64,000 bases of DNA from Pontiella sp. (lineage in GTDB: Bacteria > Verrucomicrobiota > Kiritimatiellia > Kiritimatiellales > Pontiellaceae): NCBI GenBank assembly GCA_050290185.1, contig JBNKHE010000004.1, positions 1-64,000 on the forward strand, given 5' to 3'. Positions within the stretch are counted from its first letter, which is position 1, and every line of letters begins with the position of its first letter. Positions 39,537 through 49,234 of this stretch are shown here, piece after piece. Made by a program: the position numbers and the translations under genes. The notes beneath the pieces were generated by a model. That model was not told where the DNA came from. It worked only from the letters and a program-made list of their open reading frames with translations, and ran no database searches.

Positions 39537-41867
39537 TTATTGCGCTTCGAGGCGGAAGAATTCCGCGTTGTATGCCCCGGCCGCCACGTTGGTCACGATG
39601 GTCAAACCATTGCCGTAAACGGTCGCATTCGTCGTCCAGGAACCGGATGCCAGATTCGGCTTGCTCAGAACGTGGTAGGTTATCCCGGACTCGGAAACCC
39701 ACATCAGGTTTGCGGTTCCCGCACCTACCCCGATCAGTTGGAGCACCGGTGCGACGGAAGGACCTGCTCCAAATCGGAGCTGCACCTTGTCGACATGCGC
39801 TTCTGTAATGCTGGTATCGTTGGTCGGACTGTTCCCATTCTCCTGGATCATCAAACCAAGCGTGGAGCCGATCGCCGGACTGCCGTTCGTAAACGTATAG
39901 GAGCCGGACCATTCACCGATCGCCCATGAGACATCGGGGACCGTCACTGCGGAATCAATGATGTTCGTGACGCCATCCACGGCATTGCTGTAGCACAGCG
40001 AAACGATAACGCCTGCGGGCCGGTCGGCAAGCACCCATTTGAAGTCGAACCGGTCGCCTTCCGCAATGACATGGTCCGTCAGGTTGACGATCTTCATATA
40101 CCTCTGCGTATTCAGATAACGCGTTCCCTCGGGCGAGGACGTGCCGTAGCGGGTGCTGGCTGTAGCGCCTGCCAGCTTTGTCCAGTTGTCGATCTGGGAG
40201 AAGTCGGAGACGGTGGTCGTATTGCTGGGACTGCCGTTCACCAGCTCGAAACCACCGTTTCGGATTCCGGGGGCAATCAGGTACTGGCCGGAATAGTAGT
40301 CCGGAATCGTTGTAAACGAAAAGTCCACGATGTTGGTCACGCCATCCGTGCGAATGACTTTGAGCTGAACCGTGTAATCCGTGTCGTAGGCCAGGGTGTT
40401 GGCATAGGTGAAGGTCGTGGTCCCGGTGGAGGGGACAGCTTTCGTAGCCGCTACCACGTTCGAGTTGACCAGCATTTCGTAGCTGCTAATCAGCGAGTTG
40501 AAATCCACCTGGATATCCGTAGCAGTCACCACAATGCCCGCATCCACGGCAACGTCGATTACGCCGTCGGACGGAGACGACGAGAAGATCACATCGTCAA
40601 CATCGTTTGTGGTAAGAAACTTAATTTCAGCCACGTTACCATACGCCGCCCCGTAGCAACGGAAGTAGCGGTATGCGGTAGAGCTTCCCGTATACACCCG
40701 GTTCCAGACAGTAGGAGGAGTCCCCGAAACAGTGGCCAGGGTATCCCAGCTGAAACCGTCAACAGAGCCTTGGAACTGGGCCCCATTCATCCGTGGCGCA
40801 TTGCCCGAACGCGGATAGAAATCGACCGCCGGACAGGCCCGTTCGTTGCCCGCTCCCACATCGATGCCAACCCAGGCACCACTCGAGGCGCCGTCGTAGG
40901 CCGTGTCCGGATTGCCGTCAAATACGGCTTCGGGAAGCGTATAGATGCTGTTTTGATACGTTCCTCCGCCATCGGATATGACGGAGAAGTTTGTCACGGT
41001 TCCGGACAGTTCCGTGGATCGATCGCCTTCACCGTTTTCATTCTCGCCCGCAATGGCGAAATAGTAGGTCGTTCCTTCCACCAGGTTGGTGACCCAGTAT
41101 TCCAGCGCATTCGTGGCCGCCACGGCGACATAGTTCGTACCCGAGGTTTCGGACTGGTAGACTGTGTAGTTCGTAGCTACAGCGGCCTCGTTCCAAAACA
41201 GCTTGGCGGTAGTGCCGTTCATCCAGATCTTCCGAACGGTCGGTGCCAGCGGAACCGCGGGTGGCTCTGCGACAAACCGAATCTCGGAGAATCCCGCTCT
41301 AGTGGAGTTGGGATCGAAGGTTTCGATCACCGTGTAGCGCACATCGGTAACGCCAGTAAGCGTGCTACCGAAGGAATACTCTTCGCCGGTGTAGCTTGAT
41401 GAACTCGATGCCTGGGTAAAGCTCATATCTCCGTAGAAAGTCCAGTTGGTCCCATTATCGGTGGAATACTCCACCGTGGCATCCGAGATACCGCGCTGAG
41501 CTTCGACGTAGGAATCCCCTGTCCAGACCTCGTTGTAATTCCAGAGATGGAATCCGGTCAGGTTATACGCGCCGCCAAGCGTGTAGGTGATCGACGCGAC
41601 GCCGCTCGGATCGCCATCGGTAGGGTTGGTACACCATGTACTTCCGGCACCGGTATCGTGGGATGGATAGACCGAAGGGATGGCATCACCGGTTTGCACG
41701 ATGGTGGCATCGGATAGGCCGGCCCCGTTTACCGAGTTAATCGCAGCGCGTTGGGCCGATGTGGCTACCGCACCGGTTGGGTCTACAATAATGTTGGTTT
41801 GGGCACTGGCACTGATGGCCAGCATCAGCGTAGCAAAACCGCCCGCTATCATCTTCATTGTTTTCAT
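39537..41867 (-). CDS. secreted multidomain protein (discoidin/F5-8-like, FN3, Ig-like, C-terminal FFRL domain)
   Basis: Signal peptide; L.G.HLWNYNE...SEIRF; FN3 YYFAIAG.N..GEG; FDG..DT...NVAEI.F. Confidence 0.75.
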   Translation of the reverse strand: MKTMKMIAGGFATLMLAISASAQTNIIVDPTGAVATSAQRAAINSVNGAGLSDATIVQTGDAIPSVYPSHDTGAGSTWCTNPTDGDPSGVASITYTLGGAYNLTGFHLWNYNEVWTGDSYVEAQRGISDATVEYSTDNGTNWTFYGDMSFTQASSSSSYTGEEYSFGSTLTGVTDVRYTVIETFDPNSTRAGFSEIRFVAEPPAVPLAPTVRKIWMNGTTAKLFWNEAAVATNYTVYQSETSGTNYVAVAATNALEYWVTNLVEGTTYYFAIAGENENGEGDRSTELSGTVTNFSVISDGGGTYQNSIYTLPEAVFDGNPDTAYDGASSGAWVGIDVGAGNERACPAVDFYPRSGNAPRMNGAQFQGSVDGFSWDTLATVSGTPPTVWNRVYTGSSTAYRYFRCYGAAYGNVAEIKFLTTNDVDDVIFSSSPSDGVIDVAVDAGIVVTATDIQVDFNSLISSYEMLVNSNVVAATKAVPSTGTTTFTYANTLAYDTDYTVQLKVIRTDGVTNIVDFSFTTIPDYYSGQYLIAPGIRNGGFELVNGSPSNTTTVSDFSQIDNWTKLAGATASTRYGTSSPEGTRYLNTQRYMKIVNLTDHVIAEGDRFDFKWVLADRPAGVIVSLCYSNAVDGVTNIIDSAVTVPDVSWAIGEWSGSYTFTNGSPAIGSTLGLMIQENGNSPTNDTSITEAHVDKVQLRFGAGPSVAPVLQLIGVGAGTANLMWVSESGITYHVLSKPNLASGSWTTNATVYGNGLTIVTNVAAGAYNAEFFRLEAQ

Positions 41868-41999
41868 GCTTCCTCCGCTAATTGTCCTTATCGGACGTTC
41901 CCCTTTTCACGTCCTGCAATCCCGTACCGCAGGAGGTATCCTTTTCTTGGATTGTCGAGTTCTAGCATGCGGCAAGGAGTGGCGCGACCCGCATTCATA

Positions 42000-42097
42000 T
42001 TACCAAGTTTAGTTCGTTTGCTGATCGCGGATCTGCCAGATATAAACAATACGAAAAACATGGAGATCTACGAGCTTCCGACACCTAAACTTGGTAA
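42000..42097. promoter_or_regulatory. inverted pair of CTAAACTTGGTAA sites, candidate LacI operator
   Basis: TTACCAAGTTTAG at 42000-42012 and CTAAACTTGGTAA at 42085-42097 in a divergent promoter; identical site at 47611. Confidence 0.7.
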
Positions 42098-42186
42098 ATG
42101 AAGCCACGCTCAACAAAGCGGTAGAGCTAATGTTTAGATAGGGCATTTCGCGGAGGGTTTGAAATGGTCAAGCGAGGGGATTCACC

Positions 42187-45102
42187 ATGAGGAAATTGGC
42201 GTTCTTATTCATCGTCGTCGCGGGCATTGCCCATCCGGCAAAAGCGGCATTCACGCATCCGGGCATTCCGTTGACGACGAACGACCTGAATGCCGTCAAG
42301 GCCAAGGTCGAGGCCGGCGCATTCCCGTGGAAGCAGGGCTACGACGCACTGGCCGCTGACAGCCATTCACAACTCGACTACACCATGCAGGGGCCGTTCG
42401 CCGAGGTGGGCCGCAACGTAGATGGAACCGGATACAACCCGAACCGTTATGAGTGGATCAATGACATGACGGCGGTCTTCAACCTGTCGCGCATGTGGTA
42501 TTTCACCGGCAACACCAACTATGCCTCAAAAGCCCGCGACATCCTCGTGGCATGGGCGAATACGCAGACCAATTTCTACGGATACGAATCCAACCTCGAC
42601 CTCGGCGACCAGGCCTACCGCTATGCCGGCGGCGCGGACATCCTGCGCGGCACCTGGTCCGGCTGGACACAGGCCGATACGGAAGCGGTGTCGAACCTCT
42701 TCGCCACGGTCTACTGGAACGGAGCCTTCAACGATGGCGACGCCCTCGGCCCTGCCAACAAGGGGGCGCTGTCCATGGTGGCCGGCCTGTCCATCGCCAC
42801 CTTCTGCGACGACCAGCAACGGTTCGACCACTGCCTGCACCTGCTTCGCACTGCGGGACCGTCCGGGTTCCAGAACACGCTGCCCACCGGACAGATCGGC
42901 GAATCCCTGCGCGATCAGGGGCACGCCTACGGAGAATGGCTCTCCTTCGCGACCATGGCGGAAATCTTCTGGAAGCAGGGCATTGATGTCTACTCGGAAC
43001 TCGACAACCGACTGCTGGCGGTCGGGGAATACCACGCACGCTTCAACCTCGGACTTGAAACCCCGTACCTCCCCTATGGCACCACCGACCGCTATTATCT
43101 TTCCAACACCTACACCAACACCTGGCCGAATGGGCAACGGGGCTACAGCCTAATCCTGGGCGCCTATCAAACGCGCCTTGGCCTGAGTGCCCCCTACGTC
43201 GAAGAACGTCTGAACCAGCTTCCCGTGAATGCGGACAGTTTCACCTTTCTCAAGGCGTCCGACCACTCCACCGCATCGCCGCCGCCCGCCTCGTCGGTCC
43301 CGGTTCCAGTTCCGGTCAGCACGGGCTTGTCCAATGCCGATATCGGGGGTTCCACCCCGGCGGGAAGCGGTGTATACGGCAACGGTATCTGGACGGTAAA
43401 GGGAGCCGGGAGCACGATCTACACCGATGGTGCCGACAGCTTCCACTTTGTCTATCTGCCGGTTACCAACAATTGCTCCGTCGTTGCCAAGGTGTTGTCG
43501 CTGGACACCAACCTGCCGAACGCCAAGGCCGCGGTCATGATCCGCGAAACCCTCGATGCCGACACGACCAAGGCGTGGGTCGGCATCAAAGCCAACCACA
43601 GTGCGGAATTCTACATCAGCAGCGACTGGACCGCGTTGCGCGGCGGCTCGAACTATGCCAAGGGAAGCCGCACCATTCCGTCGTTTCCCTACTGGATCAA
43701 GGCCGAGCGCATTGATGACACGGTGGCCCTTTACATCTCGCCCGACGGAACCAGCTGGGCCTGCATCGGCAACGCGGTTTTCGGAAACATGGGCGACACG
43801 GCCTACATTGGACTGGCCGTTAGCTCGGGCAGCAACGGAGCCCTCAACACCTCGGCCTTCAGCCATGTACGCATGACCGGCGGCGATGGCGGCGGCGCGG
43901 TCACCGTTCCCGAGGCACCATACTATGCCCTGGCCACGCCGGACACGCAGAAAGCAATCCTGCGCTGGATCGAATCGGCCGATGCCGATAGCTACAACGT
44001 CAAGCGTTCCATCGTCTCCGGTGGGCCCTACACCACCGTGGCCACCGGCATCACCAACGCCAGCTATGTCGACACCGGCCTGCTGGGCGGAACGAACTAC
44101 TACTACGTGGTGTCCGCGGTAAACAGCGCCGGCGAAAGCGCCGACTCTCCCGAAGCCGCCACAACGCCCGAATCCATCCCCGATCCGAAACTGGCCGGAA
44201 CGGTCATTGGAACCACGGGGACATGGAGTGGCCTTCCGAACTATCGGGAAAACGCGCTGGACGGCGATATCGACACCGCCTTCGACTCCAACCTGAGCTA
44301 CGGCGGCTGGGTGGGCCTCGATCTCGGCGAGCCATATTTCATCAGCCGGATTCGCTACGTTCCGCGTGCCTCGCACCCGCAGCGCATGATTGGCGGCGTG
44401 TTCCAAGGTTCCAACAACGGCAGTTCCTGGACGACCTTGTTCACCGTGACCATCCAGCCGACCGTGGGCGTCTATACCGAACAAGCGATTGCGGATACCA
44501 ACACCTATCGCTACGTGCGCTACTACGGGCCGTCCGGCGGCAACTGCAACGTGGCTGAAATCGAGTTCTACGGCGGCCAGTACATCATTCCGGCCCCACC
44601 AACCGGACTGGTGCCCGCTAGCGGAGACCAACAGGTTTCCCTCTCGTGGAACCCCATTGCCGATGCGAGCAGCTACAAACTCAAGACATCGCTGAACAGC
44701 GGCGGTCCATTCAGCCTGATCGCCCACACCTCGAACACCAACTTCGTGGATCTGGGGCTAACCAACGGCACCACCTACCACTATGTCGTCAGTGCGGTCG
44801 GCAGCGGCGGAGACAGCAACAACTCCGCCGAGACCAACGCCATACCCTCCTCCTCAATCATTCCGGGCGAATACATCATTGCGGCGAATGCCGTCACGGC
44901 GGGAAACCATATCGAACTGACCCTCTCCAACTCCGTACCGGGTCATCGGTATCAGGTACTTGCCAGCGATTCGCTCACACCAACCGATTGGCAACCCACG
45001 GGCGTTTCGGAAGCCGGCAACGGAAGCAACGTGGTGCTGACGCTCCCGATTTCGGGCATGGATTCCAACCGCTTCTTCAAGCTCGATGTCCAGCGGCTAT
45101 AG
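42187..45102 (+). CDS. secreted alginate-lyase-like (PF05426-type) protein with FN3 and discoidin domains
   Basis: FTHPGI....DL..K......PW, ESLRDQGHA; FN3 YYYVVSAVN..GES; substrate uncertain. Confidence 0.7.
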   Translation: MRKLAFLFIVVAGIAHPAKAAFTHPGIPLTTNDLNAVKAKVEAGAFPWKQGYDALAADSHSQLDYTMQGPFAEVGRNVDGTGYNPNRYEWINDMTAVFNLSRMWYFTGNTNYASKARDILVAWANTQTNFYGYESNLDLGDQAYRYAGGADILRGTWSGWTQADTEAVSNLFATVYWNGAFNDGDALGPANKGALSMVAGLSIATFCDDQQRFDHCLHLLRTAGPSGFQNTLPTGQIGESLRDQGHAYGEWLSFATMAEIFWKQGIDVYSELDNRLLAVGEYHARFNLGLETPYLPYGTTDRYYLSNTYTNTWPNGQRGYSLILGAYQTRLGLSAPYVEERLNQLPVNADSFTFLKASDHSTASPPPASSVPVPVPVSTGLSNADIGGSTPAGSGVYGNGIWTVKGAGSTIYTDGADSFHFVYLPVTNNCSVVAKVLSLDTNLPNAKAAVMIRETLDADTTKAWVGIKANHSAEFYISSDWTALRGGSNYAKGSRTIPSFPYWIKAERIDDTVALYISPDGTSWACIGNAVFGNMGDTAYIGLAVSSGSNGALNTSAFSHVRMTGGDGGGAVTVPEAPYYALATPDTQKAILRWIESADADSYNVKRSIVSGGPYTTVATGITNASYVDTGLLGGTNYYYVVSAVNSAGESADSPEAATTPESIPDPKLAGTVIGTTGTWSGLPNYRENALDGDIDTAFDSNLSYGGWVGLDLGEPYFISRIRYVPRASHPQRMIGGVFQGSNNGSSWTTLFTVTIQPTVGVYTEQAIADTNTYRYVRYYGPSGGNCNVAEIEFYGGQYIIPAPPTGLVPASGDQQVSLSWNPIADASSYKLKTSLNSGGPFSLIAHTSNTNFVDLGLTNGTTYHYVVSAVGSGGDSNNSAETNAIPSSSIIPGEYIIAANAVTAGNHIELTLSNSVPGHRYQVLASDSLTPTDWQPTGVSEAGNGSNVVLTLPISGMDSNRFFKLDVQRL

Positions 45103-45245
45103 GGAAAGCGCAGAACCTCCAAGGAATTGTTACGATCGCAACGTGTAGGGAGGGGTCTGCGGCCCCGCCGCCGCGATCATGGACCGAGTCTACATTGTTC
45201 TAAACCTAAATGCGGGTATAGGCCACGAATGGTTATGAAACCACT

Positions 45246-45381
45246 GGTGTAGAGAACGCTGAACCACGAAGTGGACAGCGTTGCCGCGCGCCACGGTCAA
45301 CGTTTGCCGTTTCACTGCCGTCGCGTTGCGCCAGCCTCACTTCGTGTCACTCGCTGCACTCGCGTAAACGTTCTCTACACC
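45246..45381. repeat. 136-bp element with 13-bp perfect terminal inverted repeats (MITE- or attC-like)
   Basis: GGTGTAGAGAACG ... CGTTCTCTACACC; inner CACGAAGTG/CACTTCGTG. Confidence 0.6.
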
Positions 45382-45403
45382 CGGGGCTCTGGCCCACGAG
45401 TGA

Positions 45404-47560
45404 TCATAACCGCGACGGCATCATGGAACCATCGATCCAGGTACCGCCTACCTGGATTTTGCTTTGTATCCGAGGGCTCTCCCTGCGAGGATCATTCATG
45501 TGGGAAATCAGGGAAAAAATGCCCATGCGTCCGACCTCCCTGGAGTTGTGGTCGATCCCGGCATCAATAGGTGTATCGAACATCGTGGTCGTGGCCAATG
45601 CGATCTCGTCGGGAACACGGATTCCCAACTCCTCCAGCATCGCGGGCAATTCGCCATTGTCGGTAATAATGGCATCCGGCCTTTCCTTCTGGATCCATGC
45701 CGCCAGCTTTTTCCGGTGCTGGGCCGGATTTTTAAGCGGCAGAAAAAACTCGGGGATCTGGACGGATTGCATGCGTTGAGCCCAGTAAAAACCCGCGCCC
45801 AAGGTTCTCTGTATAGCGCGATCGCCGACAAATGCTATTCGCCTATACCCTCTGTTCAGCATGTTTTGCAGCGCCAATACACCGTTGGCCATATCATCGC
45901 AGGTCACCGTATAGGGCAGATCAACGGGATACGAAACCCCGAGTCGAACCGTAACGTAGTCCTGCCATGGAAAGCCATCCAGATCGTCCGCCACCGGCAC
46001 GGAACAGGGAGGGACGAGTATGCCCCGGATGTTGCGGGTCTTGAATATCCTGTCGAGCCGTTGCAGGGGAATGTCCTTCGCGGCAAACTTCTCGAGGTGA
46101 TAGCCATGCCGTCGTGCGCCATCGACAGCTCCCTCCCAGTATTGTTGAAATTCTCGGTAGGAATACAACTTTTCAGGATCCGCCCACAAATTCAGCCAGG
46201 CCAGTTCGCCATGGACTGGATTTTCCTGGGTAATCCGGCATTGCTGTCCCATGGCCACAAGCATGGGATCGGGCACATACCCCATCGCCTCCGCCTTCTT
46301 CTGGATGCGCTTGCGCATGGCCTCGGAAATTTGCGGACGGTCGCGCATGGCCAGCGAAACCGTCACGTGCGACACCCCGACCTCCCTGGCGATATCCCGA
46401 TAGGTTACGCGCTTGCCGGAAGTGCCCTTCTTCGTTTTTTGCGATTTCAGCTTGGGCCGCCCCTTGGGCACGGTCCAGTTGCCCTGCCTCTCCGGCCCGC
46501 GCCTTCCGGTCCGGTCCGGCAACATGTCGCCATCGACCCATTGCCCCGTGACCACGCTCTGCTTGCAGATTTTTGAAATACCCCGCCCTACCTCGTTCAA
46601 CAAGAAAATCAGGATCAGCGCGGCAATCCGTCCGATTTCCTCGGGGTGTTGGTCAATGCCGGCATCGATGGGCGTATCGTACACTGATGTAGTCGCCAAG
46701 GCGATGTCTTCAGGAACACGGTAGCCCAGATCCATCAGGTTTTTCCGCAGGGGGACGAGATTCGTGATGATCGCGTCCGGGCGTTCCTTTTCGAGCCAGC
46801 TCTTCAAGGCGGGGAGATGCTCTTTGGTTTCCACGGGATGAACCAACAGCAACGGCACCCGCATGGATTTGGGAATCTCCTTCTGCGCCCAAAACACCCC
46901 GGCGCCGAAGGGGAGTTTCTGATCCTTCTCCGTAACAAAACCGATCCGCCGATATCCCCGCTCCCGCACCCTCTCGAACGCCAGGATGCCGTTGCCCACC
47001 TGGTCGGCCGTCACCGAATGCATGAACGGCTTCTCCGACTCCAGGCCAAAGCGGACCATCGCGAATTCATTGACAGGAAACCGCGTCATGTCCAGAACCG
47101 GTTTCGAACTCTGCATTACCAGAAGACCCTGAACATTCCGTTCCCTCAACCTAGCTAGCAGTTGGTCCATCGACAGCCCCCTGGCAACTACCTCCTCGAA
47201 GGCATAGCCCAGCTTGGCCGCGGCTTCGGCCGCCCCCTTGTAGTACAAAGCGAGTTCACCAAACTCATACAACTCATCGGGATCCTGCCACAGGTTGAGC
47301 CATGCCAGCCGGATCGGTGGCCGTTCGGAATTATCGACCCGGCTGTAATCCGAAAGCGCCGCCATTTTCCCATCGCGCACATAGCCCATCTCCTGCGCTT
47401 TCTGCCGGATACGCCTGCCCAGCTCTTCCGAAACCATCGAACTGCCACGCATCCCATGGGATACCGAAGCGAGCGAAACGCCCAGTGCATCGGCAACTTC
47501 CCGCAAGGTAACCCTGCGACCGACCCCGGCATGTTTCCCATTCCCCTCTCGATTTCCCAT
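45404..47560 (-). CDS. tandem double LacI-family regulator (HTH-SBP-HTH-SBP)
   Basis: RVTLREVADALGVS.ASVS and RVTYRDIAREVGVSHVTVS; both halves have LAWLNLW.DP, RGYRRI.FV, ERPDAIIT, PIDAGID. Confidence 0.9.
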   Translation of the reverse strand: MGNREGNGKHAGVGRRVTLREVADALGVSLASVSHGMRGSSMVSEELGRRIRQKAQEMGYVRDGKMAALSDYSRVDNSERPPIRLAWLNLWQDPDELYEFGELALYYKGAAEAAAKLGYAFEEVVARGLSMDQLLARLRERNVQGLLVMQSSKPVLDMTRFPVNEFAMVRFGLESEKPFMHSVTADQVGNGILAFERVRERGYRRIGFVTEKDQKLPFGAGVFWAQKEIPKSMRVPLLLVHPVETKEHLPALKSWLEKERPDAIITNLVPLRKNLMDLGYRVPEDIALATTSVYDTPIDAGIDQHPEEIGRIAALILIFLLNEVGRGISKICKQSVVTGQWVDGDMLPDRTGRRGPERQGNWTVPKGRPKLKSQKTKKGTSGKRVTYRDIAREVGVSHVTVSLAMRDRPQISEAMRKRIQKKAEAMGYVPDPMLVAMGQQCRITQENPVHGELAWLNLWADPEKLYSYREFQQYWEGAVDGARRHGYHLEKFAAKDIPLQRLDRIFKTRNIRGILVPPCSVPVADDLDGFPWQDYVTVRLGVSYPVDLPYTVTCDDMANGVLALQNMLNRGYRRIAFVGDRAIQRTLGAGFYWAQRMQSVQIPEFFLPLKNPAQHRKKLAAWIQKERPDAIITDNGELPAMLEELGIRVPDEIALATTTMFDTPIDAGIDHNSREVGRMGIFSLISHMNDPRRESPRIQSKIQVGGTWIDGSMMPSRL

Positions 47561-47608
47561 AGACAACCCCCAAGCCCCTGAATAGGAAAAAACCCAGGCC
47601 GACGCAAC

Positions 47609-47623
47609 AACTAAACTTGGTAA
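47609..47623. promoter_or_regulatory. third copy of the candidate LacI operator
   Basis: AACTAAACTTGGTAA, identical to the reverse complement of 42000-42014. Confidence 0.7.
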
Positions 47624-47745
47624 ATCCAAAGTTGATGGACGCTGGTGAACCAACGGAGTAGAAATCGACAATTCCTAGCTTAGGAATCTCGTTGGGGAAT
47701 GGTCCATGACGGGTTGAAGAGGTGAAACAGATGGAAAGGAAAAAC

Positions 47746-48408
47746 ATGAAAATGAAAGCAGTATTAACGGTCGGGCTGCTCGCGACTCTGGCTCAGTATG
47801 CCAGTGCCAGCGTCATCGTCCAACCGATCAGCGCGACCAGCCCGAACCTAGCGGCTCGACCTATCGAAAGCTCGTACGACGGATCCGGGTTGACCGACAC
47901 TACCATTGTCGAGACCGGTGACGCGATTCCTGTCTCCTATCCCGGGCATGACAAGGACAATGCCGCCAGCGAGTGGCAGACGAGTGCCCAGGCCAATACT
48001 GTACAAATTACCTTTGATTTGGGCGGTCCATACGACATCACAGGCATCCACCTCTGGAATTGCAACGAATACTGGTCCGGTGGAGGAGATGAAACGGATA
48101 AGGGGATTCGGGATGCGACCGTATCGTTCTCGACGGACAACGGAATAAACTGGACCTCGCTGGGCACCATGACCTTTACACGCGGCGTCGCCAACGACGC
48201 CTACGCGGGCGAGGATTACGCGGCTGTTATGAACGGCGCAACGCAAGTCCGTTTCGATGTACAGAGCAACTGGTCTGCCGATGGCCAAAGCGGCCAAACC
48301 GGCATTTCGGAAATCCGTTTCGTTGCCATTCCGGAACCCGCCACGCTGGGTTTGATCGGTGTATTCGGAGTCGGCACGATCTTCATCCGCCGCCGTCTAA
48401 TGATGTAG
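47746..48408 (+). CDS. PEP-CTERM protein with discoidin-like domain
   Basis: Signal peptide; IPEPATLGL..TM..RRR; domain homologous to the N-terminus of 39537-41867. Confidence 0.88.
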   Translation: MKMKAVLTVGLLATLAQYASASVIVQPISATSPNLAARPIESSYDGSGLTDTTIVETGDAIPVSYPGHDKDNAASEWQTSAQANTVQITFDLGGPYDITGIHLWNCNEYWSGGGDETDKGIRDATVSFSTDNGINWTSLGTMTFTRGVANDAYAGEDYAAVMNGATQVRFDVQSNWSADGQSGQTGISEIRFVAIPEPATLGLIGVFGVGTIFIRRRLMM

Positions 48409-48445
48409 GACCTGCCGAAAAAAGAATGCTTAAGCGTTCCGAAGC

Positions 48446-48480
48446 GCCGCGGTGGACAAACCTGCCCATCGCGGCTTCTT
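48446..48480 (+). terminator. putative intrinsic terminator
   Basis: GCCGCGGTGG/CCATCGCGGC stem followed by TTCTT. Confidence 0.5.
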
Positions 48481-48547
48481 AACGAAAGTCGAATCCGTAC
48501 ATAGCGTCACAAAAACCAGACCGTATCATGACCTATCAGGAATTCAG

Positions 48548-49200
48548 AACAGGGGCAGTTCTATGAAACGATGTTTTCTTCGTCATCCAATCACCCCTGT
48601 AGCTTACCAACAGCAAACTCTTGAATAGTTTTGAGACCTTACCCACTTGCCTAAGATGAAACAAAGCAATTCCTACAGAACGAATGTGAGGGAATGGCCG
48701 CTCCATAAGTCGCTTCTCTTAGACCATGCTAAAAGCACTTTCACTGTAGCTCAGGTCCCCATATGAATAAGGATCAGTCGGTTTTAAAACGAGTATCCCC
48801 TCCTCCGTGATGCTCAGTGACCTCTGTGGTGAACTCTTTTTTTACTGAGGGGCTCGAGAACAAAGCAGCGCCTGCATTTACTGTAGAGGGTTTCTCACAC
48901 AAAGCCACAAAGGCTGTATTGTTTCCTGGGATCTCCGCGCCTTTGCGTCTTGGCGCGAGGATATGACAGTTCAATTGAGAACTCCCGTCCTGCCGACCGG
49001 CAACAGTGACAAAGACAGGATTATTGGGTGACAAGATCATTCCATTCATGGTTGTAAAATCATCCTGCCATTCAATCATTCTGTCCTAACCATTCACACC
49101 GGCTGGTTGGTTCGTGTGTTTTGTCCAACGAGTCGTACTTGCTTCCAATGGTGTGATTCATCTCGGTTTTAGGTTATAGGCTCAGGTCATAGGACCGCCC
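48548..49200. repeat. mosaic intergenic repeat (module A copy 3, C inverted, D)
   Basis: Matches 37493-37755 and 29792-29945. Confidence 0.85.
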
Positions 49201-49234
49201 CCTGCCAGGTTCACTCGCCCCTTGCCTGCGGGTT

